Positions 8,630 to 18,363 of a DNA stretch of 24,047 nt are shown in pieces. Origin of the DNA: Neophaeotheca triangularis (lineage: Eukaryota); the NCBI GenBank assembly GCA_054600435.1, contig BAAIJX010000072.1:62001-86047 (forward strand). The letters are read 5' to 3'. Made by a program: the position numbers and the translations under genes. Position 1 is the first letter of the stretch. Every line of letters starts with the position of its first letter. A model generated the notes under the pieces. That model worked only from the letters and a program-made list of their open reading frames with translations, was not told the origin of the DNA and did not search any database.

Positions 8630-10348
8630 ATGTCCCTCCGCGCCATCTTCTACGCCCGCTTCCACCCCGAGCGCGGCCCCTCAGTTATCCACCAATACCC
8701 ACCCCACAGCATCACCACCAACAACAACAGCAACAACAACAGCAACAACAACAGCAACAACAACAGCAACAACAACAACAGCAACAACAACAACAACAGC
8801 GGCTCAAACCCCCGCAGCGAAAGCCTATTAATACACCAAGACGTGAAACGCACGACCAACGAAGCCAGGGAACCGCAAAGAGCAACAGCTGTAGGAGAGG
8901 CGGAGGGGTTGTTCAATTTGGCGGACATCAATGGGTACGTGATACCGCCGTACGAAGTCTGCAACCGGGCGTTTGGGCTTTGCGTCCCGCGGCGAGCGCG
9001 AGCGGGCCGGGGGAGGAAGAGGAGGGATAAGAGCGGCAAGCGGACAGGAGACAGGAATGTAGACGAGGACGGGGATTTGCAGTTGGTGACTTTTCCCGTC
9101 TCGCTCGAAGACGACAAGTACGAGCGCAATCGTTTTACTTTTAATGTGTGTTTTGTGCTTTCACCTGGGTTTGACGGTGGTGGGGGTGTCGAGGATCTCG
9201 AGGTTTGGCAGGCTGTGGCTACGAAGACGGGGCTTTTCTTTCGTGGGCTCGAGGCTGAGGAGGGGGTGTTGAGTCGCGAGGAGGCGGAGACGGGTTTGCT
9301 ATGGGCGGGCGAGGAGGGGTATCCGGCTGATGGCGTTGGAGTGGTTTTCAAGCTGTTGAGGGGGGTTTGGCAGCAGTTGGATGCCTGGGGGGAGTGTTGT
9401 GTGAGTGTTCCTATGCCCGGGGGTGATGGAGTGGGGAATCACGTTTTGAATTTGAGGCTTGCGAGAGCGGGGGATGGGAGAAATGGGTGGGAAGAGGGGT
9501 TCAGGGATGGTCTCGGAGACGGTCAGGGGGACGTGGTGCGGTGCTGGCATGTTCCGGTTTTGGTGCGGGAATTGCCGGATGGAAACGAGTGTTGGACGTG
9601 GGATCTGGTGCTTCGGCGCATTGTGCCGTTGATGGATGGGGCGAAGCATGTGCGGCGGATTTCGCGAGAGGCGGATGTGGAGGAGAAGCTTGTGGTTAGG
9701 GCTGTTGGCCAGTTGTTGCGAGCAGGTAGATGTGTGGTGCTGGATTTGTGGCATTTCCAGGGAGTCTATGTGCTCACGAGGGAGTTTGCGGTGTTTGTGG
9801 GAGATGAGGGGTGTGTGGAGGAGTGTTGGCGGTATGCGACAGATGGAGTAGTTGGGGAAGGAGGATTGTCGAAGCAAGAGGTCATTGAACTTTACTCTGA
9901 TCTGAGGCCAGGTCTGACGGTTCTGGACTTTTGCCTCGCTCATCGCGATGCAGTGGCAAAGCTGGACATCCGTCGCTTTATCACTTTCGGCGTGATCAAG
10001 GGGTTTATCCGGCGGCAACATAGATATTGCCTGCTCCTCGACCCTTCTCTGCAAGCGGTGCGGAGCTCAAGAAGGCTTCCTGTCAAGCCCAGAGCCGAAG
10101 ACTTTGACCGTGCCTGGAAGAAGGCGGCTCTGTCTAGTGGATGGGCTACGCCGCCGGCATCGATGCCAGAGAGCGTTGGGACGATTGAGAGGGTCGGTGA
10201 GGAGTTGGAAAGGAAGGAAAAGTTGATGGGGATGCTTGATGGACGATGTTGTCTCGATGAGGTGTGTGTTGAGATGGGCATGTCAGAGAAAAAGGTCAGG
10301 GACTACATTGAGAAGGAGGTTGGAGATGTCATATACCTGCTAAAATGA
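8630..10348 (+). CDS. NPR2: Nitrogen permease regulator 2 (SEACIT/GATOR1 subunit, NPRL2 homologue), 572 aa, no intron required
   Basis: IFYARFHPERGP start, KYERNRFTFNVCFV (retains the NPRL2-type arginine-finger Arg in YERN), WDLVLRRIVPLMDGAKHVRRIS, LDIRRFITFGVIKGFIRR, and C-terminal LDGRCCLDEVC. Confidence 0.9.
   Translation: MSLRAIFYARFHPERGPSVIHQYPPHSITTNNNSNNNSNNNSNNNSNNNNSNNNNNSGSNPRSESLLIHQDVKRTTNEAREPQRATAVGEAEGLFNLADINGYVIPPYEVCNRAFGLCVPRRARAGRGRKRRDKSGKRTGDRNVDEDGDLQLVTFPVSLEDDKYERNRFTFNVCFVLSPGFDGGGGVEDLEVWQAVATKTGLFFRGLEAEEGVLSREEAETGLLWAGEEGYPADGVGVVFKLLRGVWQQLDAWGECCVSVPMPGGDGVGNHVLNLRLARAGDGRNGWEEGFRDGLGDGQGDVVRCWHVPVLVRELPDGNECWTWDLVLRRIVPLMDGAKHVRRISREADVEEKLVVRAVGQLLRAGRCVVLDLWHFQGVYVLTREFAVFVGDEGCVEECWRYATDGVVGEGGLSKQEVIELYSDLRPGLTVLDFCLAHRDAVAKLDIRRFITFGVIKGFIRRQHRYCLLLDPSLQAVRSSRRLPVKPRAEDFDRAWKKAALSSGWATPPASMPESVGTIERVGEELERKEKLMGMLDGRCCLDEVCVEMGMSEKKVRDYIEKEVGDVIYLLK
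8720..8800 (+). repeat. Coding (AAC)n microsatellite interrupted by AGC, 27 codons: (NNNS)4 NNNNS NNNNNS
   Basis: Read directly from the sequence; in frame with NPR2. Confidence 0.97.
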
Positions 10349-10663
10349 TAAATATGCCTGGCTCTGTTCAGAACCTCAAAGGAGCACTGGCACCAGTACT
10401 TGACTTTGAACGATCGGCTACCACAGGTAATAATATCGTACATTTGATAGGAATGAGAAGCAAATGGGGCAAGGGTGCCAATGGTACTTCCATAGTACTG
10501 TGCTCTATGAAATTCTGTAGATACTTTTGTGTAGCCTGAAAATCGACCCAAAGTAAGGCCGGTTGTATCCCCAGAGACTCCGGACGCCACGCCATCCCTC
10601 GCGAGAATTGCAGCTTCGTCGTCTAAGCTCAACTGTCATGCTTGACTTGCCGGTGCCAGATGC

Positions 10664-12314
10664 TTAGGCGCCGTATTTCACGGGCTTCGGATCGTAGTAC
10701 ACGTGAACCTTGTCCCCCGTCACGCCCTCCGCCTTCCACGTGCTGATTCCCGTCTCTTCGTCGTACGTCTCGTAATCCGCTGCCAGCCTCTTACCACCAC
10801 CACCTGGCAAGTCGACGACGAAGTTTGGCGTAACGAAACCCCCAATCGTGCCACGGATGTGCTTCTGCAGCATCAAGATGGTCGAAAGAGGAGTGCGCAA
10901 ATCTTCAACACCCTGCACCATGTCACCGAGGTAGACATAGTAGGGCTGGATGTTGTTGTCGGCGAGTTTGCGGATGAGGGACTTCATCGTGGCGAGATCG
11001 TCGTTGACGCCGCGAAGTAGGACGGTCTGGTTGCGAACCCTGACGCCGTGCTCGAAGAGGTACTGAGAAGCTTTTTCGGTGACCCAGGTGATCTCTTCAG
11101 GGTGGTTGAAGTGGGTGTGCATGGCCACCTCCTTGCCCAACTTCCTACCCTTATTGCTGAGGCCCACCAAGGCATCGGTCCAGCCATCACTGCGATCGAG
11201 GATGCGCATGGGGCAGACGGCAAGGCCTTTGGTGGCGAAACGGAAGCGCCTGACATGGGGGATCGAGAGAAGGCGTTCACCGATCTTTATTAGGTTGTGC
11301 GGCTCGAGGTAGTAGCTGTCGCCGCCTGACACAACAACATCCTGGATGGTGGGGGTCGCCTCAATGTGCTCGAACATGGCGTTCCAGCGCTTCTCGGTTG
11401 GCTTGATAGAAGCCTTGTTGACGGTCTCGGTTTGCGCGCCCACGGCGTACGAACGAGTACAGAAGCTTGTATTGGTGTTAGTGGAATGTTGACTGCGCAC
11501 GCGGGGGCGCACACGCTTACCGGCAGTACACGGGGCAGACTTGGGTCGCTGTTGAGTTGTCAGTGTCGTTGCAACGAGCTTGCAATTTCCCGAACAGGGT
11601 CACATACCCAAAAACAAGACTTTATCGGGATACCTGGCAACGAGTCCTGGGAGTTATTTGTAAGCTATGATGCTATGAAATAGTTGCTTCGACGAATTTA
11701 CCATTCACAGGGGAGTCTTCGGTCTCATGGAGAGAGTCGAGAGTGAGCTCAGGGTGATCAGGAACGATGGTCGAAGCGAGCGTGAGGAACTGCCGACGAA
11801 TGGGGTCGTTGTAGGGGTTGGACCAGTCTACGATAGCCAGCATTTGAGGTGTGAGACGGGTGGCCATCGGCGCCAGCTTTTGACCTTGGTGGACGTCCTC
11901 AAGGAATTCATCGCGAGTAACCGTCTTGCCGGAGCCTTCGTAGCCAGGGAACGTTTGGGGAAGGTTCTCGTTCAGAAAGGTGAAAAGTTTGCTTGGCCTC
12001 TCGATGGTATTGCGCTTCTGAAGAGTTGGCATTAGAATCGTACCCCTGAATTTTCCGAGTGAAGGTGAATTTCGATGACTAACCTGCCACCTGTAGCTCA
12101 AGAATTCGTCTTCACTGACGTTCTCATAGCCCTTGACGCTCTGCCAGTACTTGTTCGGCGCACTATCATTGACGACAGTAGCAAAAGTCTTGCGTGAGGG
12201 CGGCTGTAGAAAAGAGTTCTTTTGGAAACGAGCAATCTGGCCAGCAGCCTGTACTGAAGACGGGAAGCTCTTCACACCCGTGAGAGCAGAAATCTTCTTC
12301 ATAATGGTAGACAT
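10664..12314 (-). CDS. kamA: Lysine 2,3-aminomutase-like (KamA family radical SAM/PLP enzyme), 471 aa, probably mitochondrial; complement(join(10664..11465,11521..11548,11608..11646,11702..12017,12084..12314))
   Basis: Splicing out four introns gives DSLHETEDSPVNGLVARYPDKVLFLATQVCPVYCRFCTRSYAVG, which contains CxxxCxxC at C200/C204/C207. Other motifs are SGGD, HTHFNHP, NQTVLLRGVND, PYYVY..D and FVVDLPGGGGK (PLP lysine). The CDS is 1416 nt and stays in frame. Confidence 0.92.
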
Positions 12315-14367
12315 GCTGTGGTGCTGTATCTTGCTGTGTTGTAGAGGTATAAAAGTGGTGTTTGTTATTGGAAGTTGTAGTGGAAGTTACAGGAGTTCAA
12401 GCTTGATGGGAGCCGACTTTGGTGAAAGTTTTTGCCAAGCTTATGTGAATGGAAACTTCCTTTTGGGACCAGGTCATTCACGTCAGGGCGAGGTTGCAGC
12501 TGATCCCCAGTCTTTTGATAAATAACGAAAGCCTCACTGATCCATTCACAGTGAAGTTTGAAGTTTCTATCATAAGGACCTGGCCAGTGCGTATTTCTCT
12601 TGGGACCCATACCAATCACAACTTCCTGTCGGCAGGGTTTCGAATCGCAAGTCTCCAGCAAGACAGAAGAAGAGTATCGGTACGTTTCAACAAGGAGTGA
12701 GAAACGACCTGACTGGGTTTCGAGCGGTGTGTTGGACAAATTCACAAGATGGGACAACGTACTTTGCTTTCAAATTGCCGTTTGCTGGCAGGCTATTTCA
12801 TAATTCGCCGGAGACACCATAACGAAAACCAAGTATTTTACAGGCGCCACCACAGCTTGGCCTGACGCCGGTACACTGTTTCCGAATCCACGTTGCAGAG
12901 GTCGCTCTTAGGGACCGGCCCTTCGGAGTTCATGACTGCAGAGCGAAAATAATTCCATGATAACGCTCTAGCACTCACCACACAGGTCTAGAGCCAACAC
13001 GGGTGTTCCAGAGAATCCAGAGAACACACTGGTCGACACAAGCGATTGGCCATGATGTCTCGTCAAGTCAAGCTTGTCCAAAGCCATAGTAGCGACACAG
13101 TGAAAGAACGTTGACGGTGGGATAAGCCTTGCGGAGTCTGCGTCAGTAGTATTCATTGTCCTCTTGGCAGACAACCAAAGTGACCGGGTTGTTTTAGTCT
13201 GACTACAACAGGGAGCTCACGTGGTATGGTGTTACGAAAGCTGAGCGTGGCCTACGTTAGCGTCATGTTGCAATGACTGTCCGCCGGGCGCTTCATGAGA
13301 CGGCCTGATAGAGGAGCTCCATCTGGCCCGCGACGCGGTCAACGACGTCTGCATCGGGAGTGTGTCTCTCACTTCAATCCACGCGGCGCGATTCGTCCTG
13401 CCGCTGACATAGATTCGTAGTGAGTACGACCCCGAAAGGCGGCGTAAGCGAGACCATGCCCGCAGTCACAGTAATGCGATTACAAGTCATCCTACTCCTC
13501 AACGTGGCTTTTCTCCAAGAGCGGTTAGACGCAGCCTGATACTTAGAGTAAAGAGCCACTCCTTTGACAGCGAGCGTCTTGGGGGATCCGCTAGGCCGGC
13601 ACGGCCTTGCCAGCTCCTCAGGCCAGGATGCTCAAGTCCAGCAGCTGATTTGGGCTACAATGTACTCTGTAGATCAGCTTCGCGGAGGGGTACCTCTGTG
13701 AGACTTCGTTCCAGTGCGTCCGGCTTCGGCCTTTGTGTCAAGGGCCCAGTTACAGAGGATTAGACACATGTCGGTCGGCTAGGAGACATTTCCAAAGAGG
13801 CGCGACGGTTCCATCGCAATATTTTGCCTATACGATGCTTTGAAGTAGCGGTCTGACTCCCAATCAATCTTGGGCCAAGGTCGAGCGAGCGTTGGGTAAG
13901 ATGGGGTGAAGTGTTCATGCAGGTGCATACTTCCTATGGCGCCGGTAGAGGGACTTTGCTGCAATGCACTTTAGCGAGTTGTTAGTCTTGCAGCACTATG
14001 GATCCTTGCTCCGAACGCTTTGCACTGGCGGGCTTTGACGAGGTCGACGGCATTAGCCAATAGGTCACTAGGTGTGTGTCCAAGAGCCACGAGAGCCTAC
14101 ATAGTACCCCCCACGCTACCTTGCCTCCTAGAGGTGAAGTCCCGATTTTGGGCAGTACATACTCCACACTCTTTCGGCTAAACGCCTTGGCGAGTACTCA
14201 CTTACTAAGGTCATCTACAACGCAACCACCTGCATGCTTGCCGCACATTTCTTCTGCAGAACGTCTACAGCTCTGGTGTGGGAAGGGCGGATGCCATGGA
14301 GCATGTCACTGCGACGGTCGTTTTGCCTTGGCCTGCAAGCCATGACCATCATAACACTCCTGGCTGT

Positions 14368-14455
14368 CATCGTCGAGAAGGAGGGTACGATCACTGGTGA
14401 GATTACACGCGGAAGCCCAAAAAGATATCAAGGTTCCAAGTACTTCTCGACGATG
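14368..14455. repeat. 13-bp perfect inverted repeat with 62-nt spacer
   Basis: CATCGTCGAGAAG (14368-14380) and its reverse complement CTTCTCGACGATG (14443-14455). It extends outward to 16 bp with one mismatch. Confidence 0.8.
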
Positions 14456-16737
14456 TCATACGCACGAGAAGTCGAGTAACTGCAAGGCCGTCACTCTACT
14501 CCAGAAAGCTATAAACGTCCGAGAGGCAAGAGGCAGACCTTCAAGAAAAAGCTGCGAATTGAGCCCAGTTGCCCAGTTCAACATCAGCCAATTGCCCAAA
14601 CCTCTACATGTTGAGCCGGGAATAGCTTGATGGATGCGCGCTTGCCCTGCTTTCACACGTGCTGCTGCCAAACTCCCTACATGAACGGCCACGCATCACA
14701 GCTTGCAGCCGCGCTATTGCTTGTCTGGGAGTTCATCTTCGATTTTGGCTACTAGTTTATGCGACTCGCTGTTCGCTATCCGAGCCGACTCGCGGAATAC
14801 ATGCTCGAATCACATGCCACGCCTGGAGGCCAGCCGGGGGGATGGTATCTCCGTAGCTTCGCCATATCCGCAACAGCCTAGACGCTTTGCATGGACACCA
14901 TCACCCTTGCCGAAGACATTACGTTCGCTGCATGATTGCGCATCTGTTTTGTTGGTCCAACAGCAAGGTGGGCGAAAACGACACCTCCAGGCAAGATGTT
15001 CAAGTTCCGTTGGTCTCCTTTCGAGCAAACAGCAAGCACTGTTAGTAACGTCTGACAAAGTACCCAGGCCCTACTGCAAGGACGGTGGCCAAATAAATGC
15101 AATATGGAGGGAGGCTTGGGTTCGAAGGACCTACATACAGCATGCATCATGCGCACGCCCGCGTTGATCCTCAGAGGCCACCTCACTTGCAAAACGGGTT
15201 GGTTCTTCCTATGGACCGTGTAGGGGCAAATCACGTCCGATATGGCTATCGATGCACACCTTGCTCCCGAGCTTGACGTATTCCACGGCAATACATGCTG
15301 CAAGACAAACATCGTCATTGCAGCCGCTTCTTGATCCCACAGCTGCATCCAGGCTCTAGCCGACTGGAGCAACAGCAATGCCCAACCTCCTCAACGTGAG
15401 GGCGCGAGTGGGTATAGTCAAGGAAATATCATTGGCTATGTTGCCGTACACGCAAAAGACCCTCGCCGAATCAAGTCCGGGAGATGTCCATGTTCTGGTG
15501 TTCCTTGCGGGTAGATTGGATTACGTTGCTATAGAATACTCGCGACCCTTATTCGGGGCTCTGTCCAGGATCTTGAAGACCTTTAGCCCCGGCATCTCTC
15601 AGATCTGGCTTCTCTTGTGTCGTATGGTACAATGCGCCCAACAGGAGGTCTTAAAACCCTTCGAGTTATCTTTGGACCGCTTCGGGGACCGGTGCTGCCG
15701 TCCGATACCGCCGGCTCTGTTCTGCCAGAAGGTCTCCCTCGAATTCACATTCTCTGGCAAAGTAATTATCAAGTTGACAAGAGAAGACGCAATATGCCAA
15801 TTTCTTTTTGACGCATGGAATGAGCTCTATCGATGGACGTAAAGGTCGCCTCGCTCGGGAAGTGTGTGCAAGGCTGTTGTCTGATTGAACGCTTCATTCA
15901 TCATTCACAACGGGCCTCTCCGTATGACAGCAAAGCGCGGAACAAGATTGGTGTGAAGCGTACTGTTCTCTCCCGGGCGGATGGATAATACGCTGCTACC
16001 CTTCTTAGCTTATACGAAGCGGGTAAGACAGACCTATTGCTCACCCACTACGCGGCTAAAGTACTGAACGCAAATTGAATAACTATCGCTGGAAGAACGA
16101 AGCACTCTAGGTAATTAGTCTAGCTATACGCGTCCCCGGCAAATTCAAGCCCCTTTTTCTCGAGACCTGGCTATAGCCGTGAGGAAGTTCTAAGACTTGC
16201 TATAGGTGCTTAGAACGGTTGCTGCGGCGTGAGAAGGCACCACTGTGCCACAGCGGAGAGGCTGAATTAGCACGCATGCGCAGGAGATACCTAGGTAGAA
16301 TGATTCAAATGTCGCTACCTCTTCTGCTGTCGCCACCTAGGCGGGCCATTGGGAATCCCACACCTTCAATCTTCACATGCTCGCTCGAGCGCTTCTTGAT
16401 GATAAGATAAGATTGAACCAGAGCATTCCCAAATTTCTATATATTTTCGTCGCAGCCTCGGTCCAAGTTCCGGGCTCGGGCGCTCGAACGTCATGTTTTG
16501 GCTGAGCGGCGTGGCGTACCTGAGCACACGACCACTTACTTGTTCCTATTTTCCTTCCCGTATGCCCGTTTCCTCGTCCTTTTCTTCTTGCTTGTCCTAT
16601 TATTAATTCTGCATTTCACAAGACGCGGTGCACTGGTAAACATCTTGCTCTTCAGCCCATCCTTTCTTCCACTGCAAAGAGTATATAGCATCTTGGCTTT
16701 AACTGTTCGCATCCTCCATCATCTTGCCAGAGCCAAC

Positions 16738-18363
16738 ATGGCTCGCTTTCTCTCAAGCCTAAACCCAATTAATTCCTTCCCAGACTACCACGGCCCGTAC
16801 AATGTAGGAACCATTGACGTCGAAATACCCGCAGCAGACCTCCCCTCACCGAGCGAGACTGTACCCGGCGCGCAACCTACCATCGCCTTTCGCATGTTTT
16901 ATCCCTGCATCAGAGACAGCGAGAAAGAGAGGCCAGTGCGATGGATACCTTCGCCACAGAAAGAGACAATGAGCGCTTTTGCAAAGTTCATGGGCGCCAG
17001 GGATCGCTACGCGTGGGCTTTTAGGTGGCTGCCGCAGCACTTGTACTGGACTACGATACCCGCGCAGAGGAATGCGAAGCTGCTTGATCCGCCCACTTCG
17101 AACTCGCGGTGGCCTGTGACGTTCTTCAGTCACGGATTGGCGGGCAGCCGCAATGCGTACAGCTATGTCTGTGGTGATCTCGCTAGCCATGGGACCGTAG
17201 TTATCGCCATGGATCACCGGGATGGCAGCAGCCCGATTCAGTACGTGCGAGCTACCGACACGACAGAAGCTGCCATCGTCGAGCCTATCAAACTTAGTCA
17301 TCAACCGAGCCCGGAGGTGTACGAGGGTCGAGATAGGCAGCTCAGGATCCGTCTGTGGGAGCTCGGTTTGGCATTCGAGGCACTGGCGAAGATTGACGCT
17401 GGTGAGGAGGTGGAGAACTTGGATGACAACACCAGCAGGAACAGAAAAGAGAGAGTGGAAGTTCTGCAGCGCTTTCGCAACGTTCTGGACATTCACAGAC
17501 CGGGCAAGGTCAGCTGGGCAGGGCACTCATTCGGTTCTGCAACAACCGTGCAGCTGCTGAAGAGTCTTTTCTACCAACAAGATGCCCCATCAAACGGCAA
17601 AACCCTTTTGACAGCGCGTCCAGACTCGAAAATCTTACGCCAGATCTCTCCAGATTCACCAGCACTATTGTTGGACATGTGGTGCTTGCCATTGCGATCA
17701 CCCGACCAAGAATGGCTGTGGAACCGCCCATTACCAACCTATGCTCCCGGTGGCCCCCAAGGCAACAACATCCTCTCGGTTCTCTCGGAAGGCTTTTTCA
17801 AATGGAAAGCCAACCGCAACGACACAAGCGAAGTCGTCGCCGGCCCCAAAGCCAGCAGCATCAACAACACCCGCTCCGAAGCAAACACCAAAGCGACACC
17901 AGCTTGGGCGGGCCTCCGCTCCGACTCCCCTTCCTGCGACTCCGGTTACGCGTCCGAGACCTCGCACTCATCACCTTCACCCCTGCCCATGACTACCCAA
18001 CCCACTACCGCGGGCCCTCACGAATTCTACCCGCAACACAGCCAGCACTTCTCGCAATCCGACTACGGCATCCTGTTCCCCTGGGTCATGAAGCGGTTTG
18101 CCAAAGTCGACGACCCGGAGCGCATCCTACTGCTCAACGTGCGAGCCATGGCGCAAGTGATGCGTGAAGCGGGCGTAGAAGTGGCCGGCGAGCGGGACGA
18201 CCAAGTCCTCGATGCCAAGAGCGGCGCTATCAAAGGTTGGATCCCGTTATCGTCGGCGGATGAGGGAGAGGAGATGAGAGGGAAGCGAAAGAGCAGTGTC
18301 AAGGATGTCAAGGATGCGGCGCCTAGGGATGGGGAGGGTGTTGGTGCTGCTTTGGAGGCTTGA
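16738..18363 (+). CDS. Platelet-activating-factor acetylhydrolase family alpha/beta-hydrolase (PAF-AH II / Plg7-like), 541 aa
   Basis: First ATG in good context (CCAACATGG) at 16738. Motifs GPYNVGTIDVEIP, FSHGLAGSRNAYS, DHRDGS, nucleophile GHSFG, LDMW (catalytic Asp) and HFSQSD (catalytic His). Confidence 0.9.
   Translation: MARFLSSLNPINSFPDYHGPYNVGTIDVEIPAADLPSPSETVPGAQPTIAFRMFYPCIRDSEKERPVRWIPSPQKETMSAFAKFMGARDRYAWAFRWLPQHLYWTTIPAQRNAKLLDPPTSNSRWPVTFFSHGLAGSRNAYSYVCGDLASHGTVVIAMDHRDGSSPIQYVRATDTTEAAIVEPIKLSHQPSPEVYEGRDRQLRIRLWELGLAFEALAKIDAGEEVENLDDNTSRNRKERVEVLQRFRNVLDIHRPGKVSWAGHSFGSATTVQLLKSLFYQQDAPSNGKTLLTARPDSKILRQISPDSPALLLDMWCLPLRSPDQEWLWNRPLPTYAPGGPQGNNILSVLSEGFFKWKANRNDTSEVVAGPKASSINNTRSEANTKATPAWAGLRSDSPSCDSGYASETSHSSPSPLPMTTQPTTAGPHEFYPQHSQHFSQSDYGILFPWVMKRFAKVDDPERILLLNVRAMAQVMREAGVEVAGERDDQVLDAKSGAIKGWIPLSSADEGEEMRGKRKSSVKDVKDAAPRDGEGVGAALEA

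Noticed and set aside
8650..9351. 233-aa - strand ORF with poly-Leu
   Set aside because: Antisense reading of the NPR2 (AAC)n tract.
10664..12314. Frameshifted pseudogene or bacterial contaminant/recent HGT explanation for the split KamA ORFs
   Set aside because: All breaks are resolved by spliceosomal introns with branch points, and the catalytic motifs are intact.
12348..12354. TATAAAA as the KamA TATA box
   Set aside because: It is on the + strand, opposite to the gene's orientation.
12315..12900. HapX site upstream of the Fe-S enzyme gene
   Set aside because: The CCAAT/CGAAT boxes I checked (12367-12371 on the - strand, 12612, 12641, ~12883) lack RWT at the N12 spacing.
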